Positions 12,401 through 23,027 of a stretch of 64,000 bases of DNA are shown here, one piece after another. The translations under genes were made by a program, and so were the position numbers. A model generated the notes under the pieces. That model worked only from the letters and a program-made list of their open reading frames with translations, made no database searches and had not been told where the DNA came from. This DNA comes from Zootoca vivipara. Lineage: Eukaryota. The stretch lies in assembly GCF_963506605.1 (NCBI RefSeq), contig NC_083294.1, positions 30,070,001 through 30,134,000 on the forward strand, read 5' to 3'. Numbering within the stretch: position 1 is the stretch's first letter; each line of letters opens with the position of its first letter.

Positions 12401-12981
12401 TTAATGGAGTGCCTGCACAATAAAGTAGCTAGGGTGTTGAACTGGGACCAGGTAGGCTAGGGTTCAAATCTCAGCTCAGCCATGAAGCTCACTAGGTGAC
12501 CAGTCATTCTCAGGTGAACCCATCTTGCAGGATTGTTGTGAGAATAAACAGGGAGGTGGGAGAACCATGTATGCTGGCCTGAAGTCTTTGGAATGAATGA
12601 AATATCTGGCTGAAATCCTACAAGTGAAGTTTTCTGCCTAGAGACATAGTGGATTGTATACAATATAAGTCCTACTCAGAGTAGACTCATTAAAAATAAT
12701 GGGCATAGCTAACTTGAGCCCATTCTTTTCAATGGGTCTACTCTGCCTAAAACCTAGATACAACCCAGTGTGTTGTGGGGTGATGCATCATCTCTTGATA
12801 TCTGCCTATCATAGATCTGTTAAAGCAGGTGTGAGGAAATTTCGGCCCTGCAGATATTACTGAACTACAATTCCTACCACTGGCCAAGCTTGCTAGGTCT
12901 GATGGGAGTTGTAGTTCAGCAGCATCTGGAAGGTCAACGGTTCCCCACTCCTGTGCTAAAGATATAGGGCCTCTGTTAATC

Positions 12982-13031
<50 letters not shown>

Positions 13032-16000
13032 GAAGGTGCATGTTTGTTATTCCACACCTTTCTCCACAACCACTTGCCCAATCGCCCTCAACTTTGCCCA
13101 CAACATCAGAGTCACATGTGGGGGTGTAACCATCTACTTACATTGACCAGATGACACACCTAGCACAGGTAGAAACCTGGATTTCTGTACAAAAAAGTGC
13201 TCCCTCCAGTGGACATCCGGGGAAGCTGGGAAATAGAAAGCAGAAGAGGTTGCAACAGAGTGCCCTCTAGTGGCGGCTACACTGGTACTACAGCTAGAAA
13301 ACCTTGGCCTTCTAGCAGAGGCTACACTGGTACTACAGCTACTAGGCCAAATGGAGGCTCGCCTTTATGGACTAGGCCAAATGGAGGTGGGGACGTGCTT
13401 GGGTGTGGGTTGGGGGCAGGAGGGGACGGGATAGGTCATGGATCAGGATGGGGGGGGGGGGTTCACAGGGATGAGCCACAGCAACGTGTGGCCTGGCCAG
13501 CTAGTATTAATATAAAAAGAAAAGATGATAGCAAGCCTTTTTGTCTCCCAGCTGGATCAAAGGATCTCTGATTTTTCTTTTCTTTTCTAAAACATTGTTT
13601 TGTGCAATATAGGGTTTTGGTTGCCACTGGAGAAGATTCTGATAGCATCAACAGCAACACATGATCACTTGCACCAAAGCCAATCCACTGCTAATTTTAA
13701 ACATCAGCATCAGTGGAACAGCTCCTCTATTTTAAGCTTGGTGCTCACACACAAAATGATCTTCGTTTGAACCTTACTTGCTTCTGTGCTTTCTATTCCA
13801 GCTTCCATGCAGATCTTCCATGTGATAGAAGAGCAACTGCTAGAGTGTATTGGGGAATGCACTGGCTCAGTGGGCTCTTCAGTCATCCATTGACTCCCCT
13901 AAAATTGCTCAGTCTTACTGAGTGCTGGCATTGGTTATATTTTTTTGATTCATCCAGACTTTTCTTAAAACATCCATTCCAGGGTTTGTGTGGGCAACAG
14001 AGATTCTTTGTGTTAGATTACCAGTCTTCCTGCTGGACAGCCAATTGTATTCTGTACACATTAAGCAGTGATTTTTAACTTTTTCAGACCTGGGATACAT
14101 CTGTAACTTGTTCATGCATTGAGGTTCACATTTCTTGACTGACTGGGTTTAAAAAACAAAAACAAAACACCATATGCATATACTTATATAGTGGTAAGTG
14201 CTGCTGTTGTGATCTACCTTAGATCAAGCTGTGATCCAGTAGTGACTCCCAATTCACCAGTTGAAGGCCAGTGCATTAAAGCAGGCGTGTCAAACTTTTG
14301 GCATTCAATATGCTGCTCAACTACAGATTGTATCATAACTGGCCATTGACTGTGCTTCCTGAGGTTGATGGGAGTTGTAGTTCAGCAACATCTAGAGGGT
14401 CAACGGTTCCACACACCTGCACTAAAGAAGGCTAGGTTCCTGCTGTCCTTGACTCCAAATGCTATTTTGTTCACTGCTTTTCTCTATAGCTGCAACCCAT
14501 TGGAAGGGCAGTTCTCCTGGGGCTACTGCTTTGAGCTGCTATGTAGCAATGTGGATGGGGTACAAGAAGTGGGCAATGCTATCCAGAAATACTTGTCCAG
14601 CGAGACATGTAGTGTTTTGCTTCAGGAAACATTTTCTCTACTCCAGCTTGCAAACCATACAGGCTACATCAAAGTGGACTGGCAGATGGTTGAACGGGAT
14701 GTGAGCAAAGCCAAAGAACAGCTGAAGTTTCGTAGGAGCAGCACCAATCAGCTGACACCAGAAGTGAAGAGCCAAATGGATGAGGTGAGGCTGGTGAGCA
14801 AGTTGGAGAGATACAGGAGGCTAGCAGCAAAGCCTTGAGTAGGAAAAAATGTTTGATGTGATAACTGTGCAGTAAAGAGATGGGCAGAAATTATTACATA
14901 TGATATGGGAGACCTGCAGATGTTGTTAGACACCCAACTCCCATCACTCCTGTCCTGGACTACTGACCCAAAGGAGGGCTCCTGGGACTGGTTGGGTCCA
15001 GGTGTACTGAAGAAGGTTGCCTAAAATGCCAGAGTTGTAAGTTCTGGTGCTTTACTAAAGAAGGGGAAGACTTACAGCAAATCAGCCTGACAGTTCTCCT
15101 AGCCTTTGCAGATGTGGGACAAACTCCAAAGCAAAGAGATAACTTATCCACACTCAAGCAAATGTTTATACATTCTTTATACAGCAAAGCAGCACATATC
15201 ATTTCACCTGGCTAGATGAGAGCATAGGTGGCAAATACCTTACAGATAGTTCTCCTTTCTAGGCTCAGAGCCCAGCACTCCAAGACCACAGATAAGGATC
15301 ACATCAAAGCAAGCCAATTAACATATATCAAAGCAAGTGAATATAAACATACAGTGGTCCCTCAACTTACGAATTACTCGACATCCGTAGGTTTTGACTT
15401 ACGAACAGGACAAATGGCCGCACAGTTACGAATTTTTCTACATCCGAACGGAAACCATTGGTGGCTTTAAATGTGGTTTTTCCGACTTACGAATTTTTAC
15501 ATGCGGTTTTTTTGACTTACGAATTTTTCCGAATATTTTTTTCCTATGGGAAGTCGCGTTTCGACTTCTGAACTTTTCGACCTACGAATGTGCATTTGGA
15601 ACGGATTAAGTTCGTAAGTCGAGGGACCACTGTATATATGAGCTCATTGTTACAGCAGCTACCAATTAATTATGGGATTGTCTTGACTACCAGTATGGCG
15701 TTAGCAAAGCTTCTGAAATGGTTAGCCTTTGGTTCAACACAGCTCTAAGCCAGGATAGAGGTCCACAGGTTCCCCATCCTTGCATTAAATTGAGAGGGGT
15801 GTGTGAGAGCAGACAATGTTGGTACACTGAAGGGAGAGCCAGTTTGTCAGCAGCAGATTTCAGATTTCAAGTACAGTTTATAGCTTCTAGGCAGAATCCA
15901 GAGAGAGTTCTCACTTCTGAAGACTCTGGTCTGAGTAGGCCTGCACAACCAGTGGCCCACAGGGTTGGGTCTCTTATGATCGCTGCTGCCTTATAATTGC

Positions 16001-16199
16001 AAATGTGGGGGGTGTCATTTTGTCGGCACTTGAGCAACCACAATGCTTGTCCAGGACGCAACATTTAGCTTGTGAAAATCAAATAGGGAGCAATATAAGA
16101 TTTGCTGTTTCTCTGTTTCAGGTGATCTCCTTTCTGAAGAAGAATGTTCTCCTGACTGGAGGATTTGTTGGAGGGTTTCTGCTTGGCATGGCTTCTTAG
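9104..16199 (+). CDS. FUNDC2: FUN14 domain-containing protein 2, join(9104..9260,11204..11351,11541..11616,14647..14784,16122..16199), about 198 aa
   Basis: Motifs [75 protein letters not shown]. All introns GT-AG with consistent phases (1,2,0,0). Lies between F8 and CMC4. Start could be ATG 9104 or in-frame ATG 9254. Confidence 0.95.
10210..10650. mobile_element. Head-to-head pair of a second tRNA-derived squamate SINE (Squam3-like); other copies ~20810-20910, 25085-25220, 28160-28410, 34680-34830, 50120-50310, 55605-55900, 60105-60390
   Basis: Shared motifs ggattgaacctgggac (B box on minus), ctgccagtcagtgt.gacaatactgagc and aaggcag.ttcctatg tail. Confidence 0.65.
11204..11351 (+). CDS. FUNDC2: FUNDC2 exon 2
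   Basis: Polypyrimidine tract plus CAG/TAG tandem acceptor; encodes [24 protein letters not shown]...GGATGW; donor GTGAG. Confidence 0.93.
11541..11616 (+). CDS. FUNDC2: FUNDC2 exon 3
   Basis: Acceptor ttgcag; [25 protein letters not shown]; donor GTTGGT. Confidence 0.95.
12826..12953. mobile_element. Palindromic ~130-bp hAT MITE (abundant family; other copies ~2070-2206, 4030-4165, 10910-11046, 17143-17260, 17571-17692, 25684-25800, 26530-26655, 29585-29700, 39594-39722, 53420-53545, 54325-54435, 60153-60280, 61655-61750)
   Basis: CAGG...CCTG ends, internal inverted repeat (gatgtt..actacaactccca / tgggagttgtagt..acatc), near-perfect 8-bp TSD tgttaaag/tgctaaag. Confidence 0.8.
12980..13504 (+). 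mobile_element. Non-autonomous Helitron
   Basis: 5' TC, 3' CTAG, inserted between A and T without TSD; GCCACA-loop-TGTGGC hairpin just before CTAG; (AT)n near the 5' end and internal direct repeats. Confidence 0.8.
14282..14419. mobile_element. Palindromic hAT MITE, same family
   Basis: CAGG...CCTG ends; TSD cattaaag/cactaaag. Confidence 0.78.
14647..14784 (+). CDS. FUNDC2: FUNDC2 exon 4
   Basis: Acceptor ctccag; [27 protein letters not shown]...MDE; donor GTGAGG. Confidence 0.95.
15352..15632. mobile_element. Tc1/mariner (Tigger-like) MITE
   Basis: TA TSD; TIR CAGTGGTCCCTC.ACTTACGAA / TTCGTAAGT.GAGGGACCACTG; internal gacttacgaa repeats. Confidence 0.85.
16122..16199 (+). CDS. FUNDC2: FUNDC2 exon 5 (terminal coding part)
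   Basis: Acceptor tttcag; [25 protein letters not shown] then TAG. Confidence 0.95.
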   Translation: MISFLKKNVLLTGGFVGGFLLGMAS

Positions 16200-16224
16200 G
16201 AGCCTCCTCTGATCTGGCTCCTGT

Positions 16225-16247
16225 GCTGCTGCTGCTGCTGCTGCTGC
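16225..16247. repeat. (GCT)7+ trinucleotide repeat in the FUNDC2 3' UTR
   Basis: Direct reading, about 25 nt after the stop codon. Confidence 0.9.
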
Positions 16248-17747
16248 CACCGCCATCTCCTACTCAGTAATCGTTCATTTTCTCCATTGCTGAACTTGTC
16301 CGCTGGAACATTCTGACATCTCTTTGTATGCACCTTATGGCCTCCAGAAACACTGCCACAAGCTCTTTTTCCTCCTCTCCTTTTTCATTTGATTGATTGG
16401 TCAGTGGTTGAGAGGTAGCATTAGGCTGAAGGCTGTTTACTGCGAGACTGATTCCTACCCCAGCCTGATATGTCAGGTTTTGTATAATCATCCCCATATT
16501 CTTTTGCAGTGGGAAAACATGCACAAAATGTTATGATAGTACCCTGCAGGGGAGCACCCAACTCCCTTGTAGGCACCTTCTCATTGTGTTGTACTCCCTG
16601 GGTGGCAAAGTGCTTTGGATCAGGAGAGCACAGAAGCTCAGCAGCATAAGGAGAGGGTGTGCCAGAGCATGTCTCAAAATTACCTACATCTAGTTTTGGC
16701 TTATTCTTCCCTGGACAGGCTCTGAATACTGCTTCCTAGCAATGCCAGCAGAAGAGAGAAACAGGTCTTCCTGACACCTCCCAAACTTATTTTTACCTCT
16801 TGCTGAAGCCACAGAGCTGGAATGATCTGTGGAAACTCTGACTGCTGCGTGGGATTTCTGCCATCCTCTCCTGCTAAAGGAGACCTGAAAAGCTTGTAGT
16901 GGGTGGGGTGAACCCTCTTCCCAGAATATGTTTTCTGAACACTCACTTGATTATGGTTCAACTAAACTTTGCTCTTGGCGGTAGAATGCTAAAATAATGA
17001 CTGGAGTTGGAAAGCTTTCTACATGACTCACACCATTGGTAGCAAAAGTTACTGGATTATGGGGATGGAATGCTGTGCTGCTGCTGGAGCCTCCTGCTCT
17101 GTCTTTTATGGACCTCCAGCTCCCCGAAATGTACGGAGGAAGAGCTGGGAGGGTCTGCTGGTGCCCTCCAGATATTTTGGTCTTAGCAGCCCCAGCCAGC
17201 ATAGGCAGTAACAAGGGGAGTTGTAGTCCAAAATATCTGCATGGTACCACATTGGGGAAAGCTTTTCTAGATCATGAGTACTGCATGAGAGATGTGACTC
17301 TTGCCCCACAAACTGAAGATGGAGAAGTAATGGTTGGCTTATATTGACAGAAGTTGATTTATCTCTGCATGAGTTGCATTCTGGACAGAAGCCTGCACTT
17401 TTCATATCTGCTCCAGGAGCACTTAAAGCTGAATTTTTAATACGTGTTTTTTTCCTCCTGCAGTCCCTACCTGTCTGTTACAATATACATGTACAAATTA
17501 AAATGATATCCTGAGCTACGTTTATAAACAAACAGATTTATTATAGCAGAAGCTTTAATGGTTCGGAGCAGGAATAGGAACCCATGGCTCTCCAGATGGA
17601 GCTGCACTGCAGCTCCCATCATTCCATCAACTACGCTGGGTGACTGATAGAAGTTGGAGTCTGGCAACTTCTGAAGGGGTTCTCCAGCCCTGGCTTTTAA
17701 AAATACTACTCTTGTTAGTTCATTCTTGCAGAAGACTGCCCTGCAAT

Positions 17748-19020
17748 TTATTTATTTATTTATTAAAGGTATATACCATCCTTCATTCAGAGATTGCAGG
17801 GTGGTTTGTGGCATAAAAATACAAAATGGAAACACAATCTATATAACATATTAACAAAAAAAAACCCAATCCCTTTCCCCCCAAACACATTTAAAAGGCC
17901 GTAAATTGTTTAATCAGCCAAAGGTGCTTTCACCTAGCACCTAAAGATATGTAACGAAGGTGCCAGGTAAGCCTCTCTGGGAGTGCATTCCACAGATGGG
18001 GAGCCACTGCAGAGAAGGCCTGTTCTCATGTTGCCACCCTCCAGACCTCTTGAGAAGGGGCCACATGAGGAAGGGCCTCAGATGATGCTTGCAGAGTCTG
18101 GGTCAGTTCATATGGGGAGAGGTGATCCTTGAGGTATTGCGGTCCTGAGCTGTTTAAGGCTTTATACGTCAAACCCAGGACTTTGAATTGGGCCTGGAAA
18201 CAAATTGGTAGCCAGTGCAGTCAGGCCAGGATTAGTGTTGTATCCTCAAACCGTCTTGCTCAGGTGAGCAACCTGGCTGCTGAATTTGGCAGCAGCTGAA
18301 GTTTCCAGAGGCCCCTTGAGCCTCAAGAAACAGCAGTGGGTCCAGGAGTACCCTCCACAGCTACGTCCCTGCTCCTTCAGAGTGCAGGAAACCTCCCATC
18401 CTGGTCTAGTGAACCACCCACTAACAGTGCCTCAGTCTTATCTGGATTTAGCTTCATTTTGTTAGCTCTCATCCAGTCCATTACCGAGGCAAGACAATGA
18501 TCCAGCATATCCACGGCCACATTTGCAGATGTAAAGGAGTAGTACTGTAGAGTTTTGTGTGAGCGGCATATTGCTGACAGTGTACTCCAAAACTCCATAC
18601 GACCCCATTCAGCAGTTTCATGTAGATGTTAAAACAACATGGAGGATGAAATCAAACTCTGTGGAACGCATATTGAAGTTTCCATGGGGCTGAACAGCAC
18701 ACCCAAGTATCACAGTCTGAAACGTCCATCCAAGTAGGACAAGAACCACTTCAAAGCAGTGCTGCCCATCCTTACCTCAGACAGCTGCTCCAGAAGGATA
18801 CCATGACTGATGGTATAAAAAGCTACTGAGAAGTCAAGGAGAATTCACAAAGACATATTTTCCCTGTCTCTCTCCTGACAAAAGTCATCATACAGGGTGA
18901 GTAAAGTGGTTTCTGTGCTAAAGGTGGGCCTAAACACTGATTGAAATGGATCGAGTAAATCAGTTTCCTCCAAGAAAATGGATCTGGTCTGTGACCACCC
19001 ACTCAAAAACTTTGTCCAAG
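17748..19020 (-). mobile_element. L2-clade LINE fragment with internal deletions
   Basis: RT-region peptides LDPFQSVFRP..STETTL and WMRANKMKLNPDKTE; (TTTA)n tail. Confidence 0.8.
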
Positions 19021-19039
19021 AAGGGGGACAAGGATATTG

Positions 19040-19457
19040 ACAAGCTGTAATGTAGAGCAGGGCAACCAAGATGATCAAGGGTCTTGAAACCAAGCCTTGT
19101 CAGGAATAGTTGAGAGTTGGGTATATTTTGCCTGGAAAAGGGTCTGAGAAGAGATTTGATAGCTGTCTTCAAATACCTAAAGGGCTTGTTTTCTTCTGAT
19201 CTGGAAGCTAGGACTGAAACAATGGTTTCAAGATACGAGCAAGTAGATTACGACTAAATATCAGGAGCTTTCTTGTGGTAAGAGCTGTTCAACAGTGAAA
19301 TGGACTCCCTCAGAAGGTGGTGGGCTCTCTTTCATTGGAGGTCTTGAAGCAGATTTTTGATGGTCATCAGTTATAGATGGTTTAGTTTAAATTCTTGCAC
19401 TGCAGGGGGTTGGACTAGATGAGCCTTGGGGCCCCTTACAACTCTGTGATTCCATGA
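19040..19457 (+). mobile_element. CR1 LINE 3' end
   Basis: ggcaaccaagatgatcaagggtc..gggggttggactagatg..caactct.tgattc CR1-type tail. Confidence 0.8.
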
Positions 19458-19657
19458 CCCCAGCTCCCATCAATCCCATCCACCAGTGAATGGTGAGGAA
19501 TGATGGGAGTTAGATTTCAACAATATCTGGAGCACCACAGATCTAAGGAATAAACAGTATATTTGGGAGCTGCTTTATTGCCAATCTCATTTATTTTTTG
19601 ACTTTATCAGGATTTCATTGCCTCTCGAGCGATGATTAGAAGAGCCAATCTGTTAAG

Positions 19658-19676
19658 TGGCCACCAGAGGGTGCTA
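19658..19676 (+). promoter_or_regulatory. Putative CTCF site between the convergent FUNDC2 and CMC4 3' ends
   Basis: TGGCCACCAGAGGGTGCTA, close to consensus TGGCCACCAGGGGGCGCTA. Confidence 0.55.
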
Positions 19677-19809
19677 AAATAATTGTGCTGGCCTCCAGGT
19701 TGGAAACACACCCACAAAAACTCCAGCAGCTACCCACACTTGAGTCTAGAAAACTGCTAAAAGTTTTAAAATGTTTTTATATATTTAAATGTTTGAGGTG
19801 AGAGTTTAA

Positions 19810-19815
19810 AATAAA
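19810..19815 (+). terminator. Candidate FUNDC2 polyadenylation signal (alternatives ATTAAA 17497, AATAAA 19549)
   Basis: AATAAA followed by a U/GU-rich downstream stretch. Confidence 0.35.
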
Positions 19816-20224
19816 CTGGTTTTGCTGTATTTTGTCATTTGATGTTTGTTTTTTCCTAGTATCTACTGTACTGAAGTGAATGCTGAAGGGATGTGTGACT
19901 TTAAGGCAGGAGTCAATAACTATTTGGGCCAAATGGCTGCATTACCTCATGCAGTTCCATGGATTGCATGCTGCAGTTACCTGTAAACACACACACACAC
20001 ACACCTTTGTACACAAGGTTATGCTTGGAGAGGACAGCTTGGAGAGGAATGCCCTTATTCTGCACACTGCACCTACAACTTAATTGAGCTATCCACAATG
20101 ATGCCAAGGTCCTGTTCCTGGTCAGTTACTGACAGTTCAGATTCTGTTAACCTATATGTGAAATTAGGATCCCCCCACCCTATGCATCACTTAACACCTG
20201 CTTGCATTGAATTACATGGCATTT

Positions 20225-20475
20225 CAATGCCCATTTGCCCAGTTTTTAAGGCTAGTTTGGTGTTCTTCGCAGTCCTTTTGCTTTAATGACCCTGAACAAC
20301 TTGGTGTCTTCACCCAAACTGGCTGCCCCACTATATAGTTTTTGAACAAGTTTAAAAGCAGATCCCAGTCCAGATCCTCGGGGTCAGAGAACTCTACCTC
20401 CCTCCAGTGAGAGAACTGCCCATTTGTTCTTACTTCCTGTTCTTTAACTAGGTGCTGATCCACAAGAGATCCTCT
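20225..20475 (-). mobile_element. CR1 LINE RT fragment
   Basis: Peptide NGQFSHWREV..LLNLF resembles the CR1 RT region. Confidence 0.5.
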
Positions 20476-21504
20476 CCTCTTATCACCAGTTGTGACACCT
20501 GCACCCACCAATTTGGCTTCAGAACAAGTTAAGGTGACCGGAAAACTAGTGACTTTGTACAAGTGGCTTGCAGACTGTGCCGCCTCCCACTTTTAACTAA
20601 AGCAATAACATCCTTACACAAATCCTTGTCTGGGAGTAAGTCATTTGAATGCAATGAGGCTTGCTTCTGAACAGACAGGCTTAGAATTGTGCTGTATGTT
20701 TCTGGGTTAACATTAACCAGCTCCCGGAGCTGAACAGTACCTGTGAAAAACTACTTTATCTCAAGTCAGAATTATGGTCTATCGTGCACAGAATGTCTTT
20801 CCAAGGGTTCAGGCAGCTGTCTGTCATTTGCTTCCTTTAAGGAAATGCCATGGATCTAATCTGGGGCCTTGTGCATGCAAAGCAGATCTCACCAGTGAAC
20901 TACAGCCCCCCCACAAGCAATCTTCAGTACAGTATTTACCACATGTAATCACTACTGTAGTGGCTGCATGCATGGTACAGGTGAAATCTGAACCAAGGCA
21001 TTTCCGTATTCTGAGATTGGGCTGTTGACTACTGTGGCAACAATAATCCTCTGATCCTTGCTCACTACAGAATTTCTCAATACAGGTTGAGTTAGTTAAA
21101 ATGTAAGTTTGACAACATGCGTACTCGTGAATCATGAAGGGCTATTGTTACCAGTGTTACCTTGCAGCACCTGCCTACTACTCACCAGTTAGGTGTATCT
21201 AGCAGGGGCTCCCAAACTGGTCTACAAGCCTCATTCAGGCAGTCTGAGGTTGATTTGTACTGAAGATGGGAAACGGCATATCCATTACGTTAAATATTTA
21301 TATTAATTTCTTTAATTGCTTCTTTTATTTCTTATATTTTATGGCAATTTGAATTTGCAATAAAGAGAAGCAATAAAGTTTAAAATCATATAACAGAGTG
21401 CATTAAAATTGCTACAACTGGCAGAACAGTCATTAAGTCCACCAAGACCCTCAACAATTTTCAAGTTATCTGGGTGGGTGGGTAGCTTGGAAAGCAATTG
21501 TATA

Positions 21505-21721
21505 CAGTGGTACCTCGGGTTATGAGCTTAATTTGTTCCGGAGGGCCGTTCTTAACCCGAAACCAGTCTTAACCCGAGGCGTGCTTTCACTAATGGGGCC
21601 TCCCGCTGTTGCCGCTGCGCGATTTCCATTCTCATCCTGGGGCAAAGTTTGCAACCCAAGGTACTACTTCCGGGTTAGCGGAGTTTGTAGCCCAAAGCGT
21701 TTGTAACCCAAGGTACCACTG
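21505..21721. mobile_element. Tc1/mariner (Tigger-like) MITE
   Basis: TA TSD; TIR CAGTGGTACCT / AGGTACCACTG. Confidence 0.85.
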
Positions 21722-22863
21722 TATAGGATTGCAACCTAGGAAAGGCAAGACAAGCGAGAGATGTTATAGGCCATACGTCTTAAAAATCATTCTTACAGTT
21801 CTGAAAGTATGTTCAGATAGTTTATTTTATTTTATTTTTGCAGCATTAAAGTTAAATATTTCCAACACAGATTGTTCCACTGGTTTTGGTTATGCCTGCT
21901 TATGATGCACACAGAACATTGTAGTGGTCTTGAAGTTACTTCAACACTGAGAGGTACTAGATTGAACACAGAATAGTAACAGGATAGTCAAAATCCTGAG
22001 ATGTGTTCAGGAGGGTCTCAGCTGGGGGAAAAGAGGTGCTACAACCACATTCCAATTGAAATGAGGCTTTGCTCACACAAATTGCCGAGTGGGGCATTTA
22101 AAAAATACCTCTTCCACCACTCTGGTTTTCCAGAAAGTGACTATTGCTTTGCAAAGGCGGAGGGGGAGAACACACCACTCTATAGCTATCCCTGAAATCA
22201 GCTGCTTCCACAACAGCATTCACATAATTAAGCATTGTGCAATTGGATTCGAGTGCTACTAAATCTACAGTCCAAAAAGAAGAAGTGGTATGTCCTGTTT
22301 TGCAGATGAGGAAACAGAGGCACACAGGTAACCTAACAATTGCCCAGCCAAAAAGAGGATAAGCCCAAGTTCTCTGGAGCTTTAGTTGCCAACACTTCAT
22401 ACAACTGCACAGCAAAATGCAGGAGCACGAAAAGGACAACTTCTGAAAGACTGGGAAGTGCTGACTTCACGGGAGTACAGTTTCTGCATCTCAAGGATGT
22501 TATTTTGTGTCTAACAAGATTGTTTAAAAAACTTAAGATTCCAGCATAAAGGCTGCTTGGACTTCACTTTGCAGTGAAATATTGCTACTCCTGATAATAA
22601 AAGTAGATGACGTTGAACATTTACACATCAAGTTAATTCTACTCCAATCTAATCCACAATAAGGCTACAGTACTGACACGTTTTGATAGTAGAACAACTA
22701 GCAGCTCTACCCTTAACAGACGGGCCATTGTTTTCTGGCTTCTGAGAATGTCCGAAAGAGGAGCTGCCTTGCACCTCGTGTCAACGCAAGCGGTGCAGAT
22801 GAGGTATTGCGCAGCAACGTAGTTTGCAGGAATGTCTTCCACTCCCCGAAGGTTAGTGCATCC

Positions 22864-23027
22864 TCAGGGTTTGTGGGCTTGAAATCCGTGGGAAGATGAT
22901 ACCTGCTTCTCTCTCTCCTGCAACTCAAACCCTGAGCAGGAGATGGATCTGCCCTTGGGAAAGCGGGCACAACATCTTCTCATCTCCTGGAGAACGGCTT
23001 CACATTTCGATTCCAAGTAGTTGTTGG
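22864..23027 (-). CDS. CMC4: CMC4 last coding exon
   Basis: Poly-C tract plus GCAG acceptor; ANNYLESKCEAV...HKP then TGA. Confidence 0.93.

Noticed and set aside
15352-15632. Spaced short repeats (gacttacgaa) superficially like a CRISPR array
   Set aside because: Eukaryotic DNA; irregular internal repeats of a TA-flanked mariner-type MITE.
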